Positions 31,558 through 39,920 of a stretch of 64,000 nt of DNA are shown piece after piece. The stretch lies in the NCBI GenBank assembly GCA_964481735.1, contig CAYZWR010000001.1, positions 29,300-93,299 on the forward strand. Direction: 5' to 3'. Each line of letters starts with the position of its first letter. Within the stretch, counting starts at the first letter, position 1. The stretch comes from an uncultured Thermoanaerobaculia bacterium. GTDB lineage: Bacteria; Acidobacteriota; Thermoanaerobaculia; Multivoradales; JAGPDF01. The notes under the pieces are model-generated. The model did no database searches, had not been told where the DNA came from, and was given only the letters and a program-made list of their open reading frames with translations. Position numbers and translations under genes: made by a program.

Positions 31558-31914
31558 TCAGAACTTGTCGGCGAAGTCCGACAGGCCGGGGATGATGAAG
31601 CGCTGGCCGTTGACCGCCTTGACGATCGACAGGATGGTGACGATGAGGATCGGGATCCAGAGGAAGAGCGAGATGATGCTGGTCACGCACCCGACGCCGG
31701 GAACGAAGGACAGGATGGTGAAAACGACGAAGATCGCGATCCAGGCGAAGAACTGCACCAGGCCGTGCTTGGCGTGCCACTGGACTTCCTTGTCGTTCTT
31801 CTCGGTGAGCAGCGGAATGAGCGCCAGGAGCCCGAGGTAGGCGAGCACGAGCATCAGCGTGCGGTTACCCGAATCGGCGGCGGGCGGGGGCGGCGGAACT
31901 TTGGGTTCGCTCAT
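31558..31914 (-). CDS. DUF4870-family small membrane protein
   Basis: MSEPKVPPPPPA N-terminus, LAYLGLLALIPLL…VQWHAKHGLVQ motif, GAGGAG RBS. Confidence 0.6.
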   Translation of the reverse strand: MSEPKVPPPPPAADSGNRTLMLVLAYLGLLALIPLLTEKNDKEVQWHAKHGLVQFFAWIAIFVVFTILSFVPGVGCVTSIISLFLWIPILIVTILSIVKAVNGQRFIIPGLSDFADKF

Positions 31915-32026
31915 CGGAAACGTCTCCTCGATCGAGATCGGAAGCGACAGTCGTCGGTCTTGAACTCATCGAAGTGTACACCCCGCACCGAGGGCGGACA
32001 AGAGATGCGCGGCGCATCCGCGCGGC

Positions 32027-32617
32027 TCAGGCGCGTGGCGCGATGCCGAGCTCGGCGAGCGCCGCGTCGAGCTCGGCGCGCGCGCGCTCGGCGACCCGCA
32101 CCACGAGCTCCGCCTCCTCGCCGTAGCGTTCGGCGACCAGCTCGATGTCCGGCGGGCGGAGCAGCCGCTTGACCGTTCCGACGCGCGCGAAAGGGACCGG
32201 CAACGTCAGCTCGCGGCCCGGCAGCTCGCGTCGCGTCGGCAGGCGCGCCACCGCCTCGTGCAGCGCGCCGGCATAGGCCCGCGCGAGCCCTCCCTTGCCC
32301 AGCTTGGTGCCGCCGAACCAGCGCAGCACCGCCGCCACGACCCCGGTGAGCTCGGCGCCACGCAGCACCGCGAGCATCGGCTGTCCGGCGGTGCCCGACG
32401 GCTCGCCAGCGTCGGCGCCCCGCTCGGCTGGCGGCCAGCCGATTCGCCAAGCGAAACAGCAATGGGTGGCATCGGGAAAACGGCGGCGCAGCGCGTCGAC
32501 CCAGGCCTGCGCTTCGGCGACCGTCGCCGCGGGCGCGACGTAGGCGAAGAAACGCGAGCCGCGGTCGCGCAGCTCCGCCGCGCTCTCGGCGGTGGGGAGG
32601 TGATAGCCCTCGCTCAG
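32027..32617 (-). CDS. yigZ: IMPACT/YigZ family protein
   Basis: SRFFAYV…HCCFAWRIG…GEPSGTAGQPML…RWFGGTKLGKGGLARAY motifs; no canonical in-frame start near expected N-terminus (CTG at 32617 placeholder). Confidence 0.55.
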   Translation of the reverse strand: MSEGYHLPTAESAAELRDRGSRFFAYVAPAATVAEAQAWVDALRRRFPDATHCCFAWRIGWPPAERGADAGEPSGTAGQPMLAVLRGAELTGVVAAVLRWFGGTKLGKGGLARAYAGALHEAVARLPTRRELPGRELTLPVPFARVGTVKRLLRPPDIELVAERYGEEAELVVRVAERARAELDAALAELGIAPRA

Positions 32618-33759
32618 CGCCCGGCTCCGCCGCCGAGCCGGTCGAGCGTCGTCTCGTAGAGCTGGCGGTAGCGCGCCACGATCGCCGCCTCGGAGAAGCG
32701 CTCGAGCGCTCCTGCTCGCCCGGCGAGCGCGAAGCGGCGCTGCCGGTCGGGGTCGGAGAGCAGGGCGATCGCCCCCTCGGCCATCCCCGCCACGTCGCCG
32801 ACCGGGAAGAGCAGGCCGTCGATCCCGTGGCGCACCACCTCCGGAAGGCCGCCCGCCAGGGTGGCGATGACCGGCACCTCGCAGGCCAGCGCCTCGAGCG
32901 CGGCGAGTCCGAACGACTCGCTCTCCGAAGGCAGCAGGAAGAGATCGGCGCCGACCAGCACCTCCTCGATCGGCGCCATGTTGCCGAGGAACGTCACCCC
33001 CGCGCAGCAACCGAGCTCGCGGCAGCGCTGCTCGAGGCGCGCCCGCTCGGGTCCGTCGCCCACGAAGAGCAGATGCGCCGGCAGGCGCTCGCGGACCTTG
33101 AGAAAGACCTCGAGCACGTCCATCGCCCGTTTGACCGGCCGGAAGTTCGAGACGTGCATCAGGATCTTCTCGCCGGGCGGCACCCAACGGCGCGCCCCCG
33201 GGAGGTGGCGTGCCGCCTCGTAGCGCCGCGGGTCGATGAAGTTCGGGATCACCTCGATCGGCCGCTCCTCGACGCACAGCTGGTGCACCGTCGCGGCGCG
33301 CAACGACTCCGAGACCGCGGTCACCGCGTCCGAAGCGAGCACCGCCCAGCGGGTCGTCTCGAGATAGGACGGGTCGTTGCCCACCAGCGTGACGTCGGTG
33401 CCGTGCAGCGTGGTGACGACACCCAGCGGCCGCGGCGCGAGCATCAACTTGGCGAGATTGGCCGACACCGCGTTGGGGACCGCGTAGTGCGCGTGCAGCA
33501 GGTCGAGCCGCTGGTGGCGCGCCACCTCGGCCATCTTCGAGGCCAGGGCGAGCGAGTAGGGGGGATACTCGAAGAGCGGATAGTGCGGGACGACGACCTC
33601 GTGGTAGTAGAGGTTGGCATCGGCCAGGGAGAGGCGGGAGGGGAGCGCGTAGGAGAGGACGTGCACCTCGTCGCCGCCCGCGGCGAGCGCCATGGCGAGC
33701 TCGGTCGCGACGATTCCCGAACCGCCCCAGGTGGGATAGCAGCTGATGCCGATGCGCAT
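32614..33759 (-). CDS. bshA: N-acetyl-alpha-D-glucosaminyl L-malate synthase (bacillithiol glycosyltransferase)
   Basis: MRIGISCYPTWGGSGIVATELA N-terminus and overall GT4 layout closely parallel BshA (YpjH). Confidence 0.85.
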   Translation of the reverse strand: MRIGISCYPTWGGSGIVATELAMALAAGGDEVHVLSYALPSRLSLADANLYYHEVVVPHYPLFEYPPYSLALASKMAEVARHQRLDLLHAHYAVPNAVSANLAKLMLAPRPLGVVTTLHGTDVTLVGNDPSYLETTRWAVLASDAVTAVSESLRAATVHQLCVEERPIEVIPNFIDPRRYEAARHLPGARRWVPPGEKILMHVSNFRPVKRAMDVLEVFLKVRERLPAHLLFVGDGPERARLEQRCRELGCCAGVTFLGNMAPIEEVLVGADLFLLPSESESFGLAALEALACEVPVIATLAGGLPEVVRHGIDGLLFPVGDVAGMAEGAIALLSDPDRQRRFALAGRAGALERFSEAAIVARYRQLYETTLDRLGGGAGR

Positions 33760-33766
33760 GTCGCTC

Positions 33767-34489
33767 CTAGCGCAGTCCGCGCGGCAGAAGTCCCCACGGG
33801 TCGGCCACCGCGAGCGGCCCGCCGCTCCAGAACGGCTCGCCGAGCTCGGCGCCCACCAGGTTGCCGTAGTGCCGCGCTCGCCCCTCGACCGCCAGGCGGA
33901 ACTCGCGCGAGGCGACCTTGGTCCGCGGTCCGGGTGCCTCGACGCCCCCGGCGGCGGCCACCTGGCTCGCGTAGGCGTCGAGCGCCGCCGCCTTCACCGC
34001 CCAGGTCGCGGTCACGTCGACCACGAACGCGGGCAGGAACCCGTCGTGCTGCATGTAGCCGAAGAGCGCCGCCGGCCGATGGGGAGCTCCGTTGCCGCGC
34101 CGGGCGAGCCCGGCATAGAAGCAGGCGTCGGCCACCAAACGGTGGGCCCGCCCATGATCGGGGTGACGGTCGGCGGGGGTCGGCCCCAGGACCAGCTCGG
34201 GGCGCAGCCGCCGGAGCTCGGCGATCAGCGCCTCCTCCTCGGCCGGCCCGTGGCGCAGGGCGCCGTCGCCGCAGTCGAGGAAGGCGAGCTCGACCGCCCC
34301 CAGGATCTCGGCGGCCCGTTCCGCCTCGTGACGGCGCGCCTCGACCGTGCCACGAGTGCCCGCCTCGCCGCGCGTCAGGTGCAGGATTCCGACCCGCCGG
34401 CCGCTCCGCGCGAGCAGCGCGACGGTCGCGCCACACCCCAGCTCGACGTCGTCCGGGTGCGCTCCGATCGCCAACACGTCGACCGTCAT
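33767..34489 (-). CDS. bshB1: N-acetyl-alpha-D-glucosaminyl L-malate deacetylase (LmbE/PIG-L family)
   Basis: LAIGAHPDDVELGCG zinc-binding motif; immediately upstream of bshA. Confidence 0.8.
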   Translation of the reverse strand: MTVDVLAIGAHPDDVELGCGATVALLARSGRRVGILHLTRGEAGTRGTVEARRHEAERAAEILGAVELAFLDCGDGALRHGPAEEEALIAELRRLRPELVLGPTPADRHPDHGRAHRLVADACFYAGLARRGNGAPHRPAALFGYMQHDGFLPAFVVDVTATWAVKAAALDAYASQVAAAGGVEAPGPRTKVASREFRLAVEGRARHYGNLVGAELGEPFWSGGPLAVADPWGLLPRGLR

Positions 34490-34557
34490 CCGGCCACCTC
34501 CTCGTCGCGGCCATGCTAAGGCGGCGTTGGCGCCACGGCAACCGGCCGGTCCGGCGC

Positions 34558-34578
34558 GCGAACCGTCCGCCGGTTCGC
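34558..34578. promoter_or_regulatory. perfect palindrome GCGAACCG-N5-CGGTTCGC in bshB1 / MBL divergent promoter region
   Basis: 8-bp inverted repeat arms read directly from sequence; candidate operator. Confidence 0.3.
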
Positions 34579-34611
34579 ACGTAAGTAGGAATCACGCTCC
34601 CGGGAGGCTCC

Positions 34612-35571
34612 ATGCCGCGCTTCGCCCCGCTCGTCGTCGTCGCTGGTATCTGCCTCGGCGCCCCTTGCTCCGCCGCCGAGGAGCTCGCCCCCGGGATCAC
34701 GCTGCTCGCCGGGGAGTTCGTTCCCGGGCGGCAGCCCGACGGCAACACCCTGGTGCTCGCCGCGCCGGAGGGGCTGATCGTGGTCGACAGCGGGCGCCAC
34801 GTCGCGCACACCCAGGCGATCGTCGCCTGGGCGCGCGCCGCCAAGCGGCCGGTGGCGGTGGTGGTCAACACCCACTGGCATCTCGACCACATCGGCGGCA
34901 ACGCGCTGCTGCGCCGGGAGTACCCCGGGCTGCAGGTGGTGGCGAGCGGCGCGCTCGAAGCGGCGCTCGGCGGCTTTCTCGCCGGCTATCGCCGCCAGCT
35001 CGAGGGGATGCTCGCCGGCGACCTCCCGGCCGACCGCGCCGCGCAGTTCCGGGCCGAGCTGGCTCTCCTCGACGCCGCCCCGGCGCTCGCTCCCGACCAG
35101 GTCGTCACGGCGGGCGGGGCGCGCCGCCTCGCCGGGCGCGCGCTCGAGCTCGGGCTCGAACGGCGGGCCGCGACCGCCGGCGACGTCTGGCTGCTGGATC
35201 CCGAGACCCGGACCCTCGTCGCGGGGGACCTGGTGACCCTGCCGGTGCCCTTCCTCGACACCGCCTGCCCGGCGGGCTGGCTCACCGCCCTCGACCACCT
35301 GGCGGCGGTCGACTTCGTCCGCCTCGTTCCGGGGCACGGCGCGCCGCTCGACCGCGCCGGTTTCGCGCGCTACCGCTCGGCGTTCGCCAACCTGCTCGCC
35401 TGCGCGGCCCGCGAGGTGCCCGTCGCCTCCTGTGCCGACGGCTGGCTCGGTGATCTCGGCGAGCTCCTCCCGGCGGCGGAGCACCCCTTCACCCGCGAGC
35501 TGCTCGACTACTACGTGGGCAACGTGCTGCGCGGCGACCCGCAGGCGATCGCCGCGCGTTGCGCCGGCTAG
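34612..35571 (+). CDS. secreted MBL-fold metallo-hydrolase
   Basis: Signal peptide; NTHWHLDHIGG (HxHxDH) motif. Confidence 0.8.
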   Translation: MPRFAPLVVVAGICLGAPCSAAEELAPGITLLAGEFVPGRQPDGNTLVLAAPEGLIVVDSGRHVAHTQAIVAWARAAKRPVAVVVNTHWHLDHIGGNALLRREYPGLQVVASGALEAALGGFLAGYRRQLEGMLAGDLPADRAAQFRAELALLDAAPALAPDQVVTAGGARRLAGRALELGLERRAATAGDVWLLDPETRTLVAGDLVTLPVPFLDTACPAGWLTALDHLAAVDFVRLVPGHGAPLDRAGFARYRSAFANLLACAAREVPVASCADGWLGDLGELLPAAEHPFTRELLDYYVGNVLRGDPQAIAARCAG

Positions 35572-35593
35572 GCTTCGGCCGAAGGTCCGTCGG

Positions 35594-36622
35594 TCAGGGC
35601 GTGATGAACCCCTCGAAGATCGCGTCCCAGGTCAGGTAGGGGTCCCCCGCCGGAGCCGCGGAGTTGAACGAGAAGGCGTAGATCTGGGTGTCGTTGTAGA
35701 CGCTCGGAATCTCCCACATCGAAGCCCAGCCGGCCACCTCGTCGGCGACCGTGAACAGGTTGACCACGTGCGGCAGCGTCACCGTGGTGTCAGCCAGCTG
35801 CGCTCCCGTCTCGTCGTACCGCCGGTAGGTGTACTCCGTCGCGCAGCCCGCCGTCACGCAGAGCGCGGAGGGCCCTCCGGTCTCGTGCACCGTCCAGGCG
35901 AAGACGACCAGCCGGCTCGACCCGGTGAGTGGCACCGAGCCGAAGGTGCGCGTCTTGACGCGATACACCGTGTGCGAGGCGTCGCCGTCGCACGCGACTT
36001 CGCCGACCAGTTGCGCCGCGCAGGTCCGAGCGTCGACATCGATCTCCTCGCGGCCGTCCGGGACCTCCCACTGGTAGAAACCGTGGAGGAAGTTGTCGCC
36101 CGTGGTACCGACGTATTCGATCGGCACCATCGAGATGCCGTTCGCGCTCCCTTCCTGCAGCCGCACGTAGTAGATGTAGCCCTCGAGGTAATTCGCGGTT
36201 CCGAAGGGATAGGCGAGGTCCTGCGGCGTGAGTGCCGTCGCCGCCGTGACGACGTCGAAGGTGACGAACCCGCGATAGAAGGCCCCCTGGGTCAACGCGG
36301 CCTTGACGCCCGCGGTCTGCAGGGCGATCAGGTCGTACATCGAGGTGCTCCAGCTCTCCAGGCTGCCCAGCGAGAGGTTGCCGTTGAACACCGGCTCCCC
36401 GTCGATGTCCCAGACCTGATAGTGCACGTTGACCGAGGCCATGTAGACGTTGTGCACCACCAGCAAGGTGTTCTCCACATGGGTCGCGCTGTCGATACCG
36501 ACCTCGAAGAACGGGACGAGCAGAGTGGCTGCCGGAACGTGATCGGGGGTCCCGGCGATGCCGTAGGCCACGCCGGCGCCGAGCAGCGCGGCGAGCGCCA
36601 TGACAACCATTGCCTTCCGCAT
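35594..36622 (-). CDS. hypothetical secreted protein
   Basis: Signal peptide MRKAMVVMALAALLGAGVAYG; 342 aa, Cys pairs, no recognised family. Confidence 0.5.
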   Translation of the reverse strand: MRKAMVVMALAALLGAGVAYGIAGTPDHVPAATLLVPFFEVGIDSATHVENTLLVVHNVYMASVNVHYQVWDIDGEPVFNGNLSLGSLESWSTSMYDLIALQTAGVKAALTQGAFYRGFVTFDVVTAATALTPQDLAYPFGTANYLEGYIYYVRLQEGSANGISMVPIEYVGTTGDNFLHGFYQWEVPDGREEIDVDARTCAAQLVGEVACDGDASHTVYRVKTRTFGSVPLTGSSRLVVFAWTVHETGGPSALCVTAGCATEYTYRRYDETGAQLADTTVTLPHVVNLFTVADEVAGWASMWEIPSVYNDTQIYAFSFNSAAPAGDPYLTWDAIFEGFITP

Positions 36623-36790
36623 GGTGTTCCCTCCGTGGGAGGGCTCGCGGAGTGCTGGCCAGAGGCGGGATGCCGGGCCGCCTCGCGAGCCCGGAGTTTC
36701 GAAGATCGCTCTTGTCGCTGGTCTTCGGGTGGATTGTACTGCCGGGAGCCCCCCTCCGGGGTAGAGCGTCTCGCTGGGCGGGGGTGGAGC

Positions 36791-38866
36791 TCAGGCGTCG
36801 CTCTTCGCCCGCCGGGCGTCGAGGTAGACCCCGACCGCGAGCGCCAGGAACAGAGCGAAACCGAGCCAGTTCGACCACTCGCCCAGCCAGGCGCCGAAGC
36901 CGCCCCAGGTGGTCAGGTCGGGGATCAGCGTCCGCTTCGTCGAGTCCTCGAAGAACCGGAGCAGCGCGGTGCCAACGCCGACCAGCGCGCCCCCTGCGAT
37001 GAAGCCCGAGGCGACCAACGTGCCGCGCTCGTGGCGGGCCGACGCGAGCCGTTCGTCCTTCGACGAGCGCTTGACCAGCCAGGCGACCGCCGCGCCGACG
37101 ACCAGCGGCGAGTTCAGGTCCATCGGCAGGTACATGCCGAGCGCGAAAGCCAGTCCCGAGATGCCGCAGAGCTCGGCCGCCACCGCGAAGACCGCGCCGA
37201 TCGCATAGAGGAACCAGGGGGTTCCGCCGTCGCCCATGACGCCCTGGAGCACCGCGGCCATGGCGTTCGGCTGCGGCGCCGGCAGCGGGTTGAGGTGCGC
37301 GGCCGAGGGTGCGAAGCCGTAGACCTTGGCCATCAGGAGGATCACCGCCGTGGTCGCGGCCGAAGCGACCGCCGCGCCCGCCAGGTTCGCCAGCTCGATG
37401 CGGCGCGGGGTCGCCCCCAGCCAGTAGCCGATCTTGTACTGAGTGACCAGCGAGCCACTCATCGAGAGCGCCGTGCAGACCACCCCGCCGATCAGCAGCG
37501 TCTGCAGCATGCCGTCCTGGCCCGAGAGCCCCATCGCCGAGAGCGCCACCGCGGTGACGATCAGCGTGGTCAGCGTCATGCCCGAGATCGGGGTGATCGA
37601 GATCATCGCGATCGCCCAGGCCGAGACCGCGGCGAACAGGAAGGCGATCACCAGGGTCAGACCGGTCGCCGCCCCGGCGATGCCGGTCGCCCCGTCGAGC
37701 CCGGCGAGGACCGAGAAGCGGAAGTAGAGGAAGATCGCGACTCCGGTCGCGGCGATCCCCAGCAGCACGGTCGACATGGGCAGGCTCCGGTCGGTGCGCT
37801 CGGCCGCCGCTGCTCCGCCACCCCCCTTCGCCAGCCGGGCCACCTCGCTGAGCGCCTGGCGGGTCGCCTGCGCGATCACCGGCGACATCTTGAGGATCGA
37901 CAGCACCCCGGCGGCGAAGATGCCACCGATGCCGATCGGCCGCACGTAATCGAAGAAGATGTCCTCGGCGGCCATCTGCGCGAGCGGCACCGCGCCGCCC
38001 AGAATGGGCGCCGCGATGGACTGACCGAGCCAGGCGAAGAGCGGCACCAGCACCAGGAAGGAGACGAACGAGCCGGCGAGGATGATCGCCGCGTAGTCGA
38101 CCCCCATGATGTAGCCCAGGCCGAAGACCGCCGCCGAGGTGTTCATGGTGAACACCGCCTTGTAGCGCTCGGTGAAGCGGGCGAGCGCGCCGATCGATCC
38201 GGTCGAGAAGACCTCCGCCCAGCCCTTCATCGCCGGGCCGATGAAGTCGAAGGCCGCCGCGGCGAGCGCCGAAACCGAGAGGATCGCGGCGCTCTGGCCG
38301 CCGCGCTTGCCGGCGACCAGGATCTCGGTGGTGGCGCGCGCCTCGGGGTAGGGGAGCTTGCCGTGCAGCTCGCGCACGAAGTAGCGCCGGAACGGCGCCA
38401 GCAGGAAGACGCCGAGGATCGCGCCGAGGAGCGGCACGAAGAAGATCTGGAAGAAGGAGGAGCGGCTCTCCAGGCCGAGGATGTAGATCGCCGGCATGGT
38501 GAACACCGATCCGCCGGCGATGATCCCCGACGTCGCGCCGATCGCCAGCACCTGGACGTTCTCGAGCAGCGTCGAGGCGCGCGCCTTGAGGATGCGCACC
38601 GCGAGCACCGAGAACCCGATGGCGAGGATCGAGATCGGGATCGCCGATTCGATCCCCTGCCCCAGCTTCAGCGCGATGTAGGTCGCCGCCGCCGAGAAGA
38701 CCACCGACCAGAAGAGTCCCTGCAGGATCGCGCGGAGGGTCAGCTCCGGGGCGGCAGCGGCCGCCGGGACGATGGGAGCGTAGCTCTCGCCGGGAGCGAG
38801 CTCGCGGAAGGCGTTGTCGGGCAGGCGGACGTCGTCGGGTGCGACCGGGGGCTCGGAAGCGGACAT
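36791..38866 (-). CDS. OPT-family oligopeptide transporter
   Basis: 691 aa, ~16 TM helices, OPT-superfamily-like conserved segments. Confidence 0.8.
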   Translation of the reverse strand: MSASEPPVAPDDVRLPDNAFRELAPGESYAPIVPAAAAAPELTLRAILQGLFWSVVFSAAATYIALKLGQGIESAIPISILAIGFSVLAVRILKARASTLLENVQVLAIGATSGIIAGGSVFTMPAIYILGLESRSSFFQIFFVPLLGAILGVFLLAPFRRYFVRELHGKLPYPEARATTEILVAGKRGGQSAAILSVSALAAAAFDFIGPAMKGWAEVFSTGSIGALARFTERYKAVFTMNTSAAVFGLGYIMGVDYAAIILAGSFVSFLVLVPLFAWLGQSIAAPILGGAVPLAQMAAEDIFFDYVRPIGIGGIFAAGVLSILKMSPVIAQATRQALSEVARLAKGGGGAAAAERTDRSLPMSTVLLGIAATGVAIFLYFRFSVLAGLDGATGIAGAATGLTLVIAFLFAAVSAWAIAMISITPISGMTLTTLIVTAVALSAMGLSGQDGMLQTLLIGGVVCTALSMSGSLVTQYKIGYWLGATPRRIELANLAGAAVASAATTAVILLMAKVYGFAPSAAHLNPLPAPQPNAMAAVLQGVMGDGGTPWFLYAIGAVFAVAAELCGISGLAFALGMYLPMDLNSPLVVGAAVAWLVKRSSKDERLASARHERGTLVASGFIAGGALVGVGTALLRFFEDSTKRTLIPDLTTWGGFGAWLGEWSNWLGFALFLALAVGVYLDARRAKSDA

Positions 38867-38875
38867 GGACGCATT

Positions 38876-39910
38876 CTAGGGACTCGTCCGCGCCGCCGTC
38901 CCCCCGTCGCGGGGTGGGGATCCGGGGCCGGTTGCGCTCGGCTGGCCGCGGCGGCGCGGCCGTCGCAAGCAGAGGTAGACCCCGGCGAGGACCGCGGCGC
39001 CGCCGAAGAGGAGCCCGGGGGCCGGCAGGCGGTCGAACCAGAGCCACTCGAAGAAGAGCGCGAGCGGCGGATTGAGGAAGACGAAGGCGGCGGTGTTGCT
39101 CGAGGTCAAGCGGGCGAGCGCCTCGTACCAGAGCCAGTAGCCGAGCACCGTGCAGGCCAGGGCGAGGAAGAGCGTCGCACCGAAGCGCTCGAATCCCCAC
39201 CGCCCCACCTTCTCGTGCAGACCTTGGTCGAACGCGGCGAGCGGCAGCGCCGGCAGGCTCCCCAGGCCGAGCACCAGGAAGGTGAGATGGAGCGGCGAGC
39301 GTCCGCGAAGCAGGGGTTTCGAGAGCACCGTGTAGATCGCCCAACTCGCCGGGGCGAGCAGCATCACCCCGGCGTCGGCGAGGTAGGCGACTTCGACCGC
39401 CCGTCCGGCGCCGTGCACCACCACGACGTAGACCCCGGAGAAGGCGAGGGCGAGGCCGCCGAGCTTCGCCGCGGCGGGACGCTCCTCGCCGAGCGCCAGG
39501 GCGAGCAGGTAGGTGAGCACCGGGTTGAGCGTGGTGATCAGGGCGCCGGCTCCGGCGCTCACCCGCTGGTGCCCGGTCCCGAACGCCAGGTTGTAGCCCC
39601 AGACGGCGAGCAGCCCGAGCGCCGGGACGAGCGCCGGGTGGGCGGCGAGAATCGTCCGGGCCTCGCGCCGCGCGCCCGGCAGGGCGGCGAACCAGCCGAG
39701 ACAGAAGAGCGCCACCGGCACGAAACGCGCCTCGACGAACTCCCGCGCCGTCAAACGCTCCCCGGCCGGCACCACGTCGCCCACCAGCGCGCGCGTCGCG
39801 GTGAACGAGTTCGACCAGATGAGAAAACAGACGATCAGGAGGAGATAGGGACCGCGCGCTCCGGGGCGCGCCGGCGCGTGAATCCGGACGGTCCCTGGCG
39901 GCTCCCGCAC
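38876..39910 (-). CDS. DMT-superfamily (EamA-like) transporter
   Basis: 10 TM helices in two EamA-like halves; GTG start. Confidence 0.7.
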   Translation of the reverse strand: MREPPGTVRIHAPARPGARGPYLLLIVCFLIWSNSFTATRALVGDVVPAGERLTAREFVEARFVPVALFCLGWFAALPGARREARTILAAHPALVPALGLLAVWGYNLAFGTGHQRVSAGAGALITTLNPVLTYLLALALGEERPAAAKLGGLALAFSGVYVVVVHGAGRAVEVAYLADAGVMLLAPASWAIYTVLSKPLLRGRSPLHLTFLVLGLGSLPALPLAAFDQGLHEKVGRWGFERFGATLFLALACTVLGYWLWYEALARLTSSNTAAFVFLNPPLALFFEWLWFDRLPAPGLLFGGAAVLAGVYLCLRRPRRRGQPSATGPGSPPRDGGTAARTSP

Positions 39911-39920
39911 GGCGCGTCCG

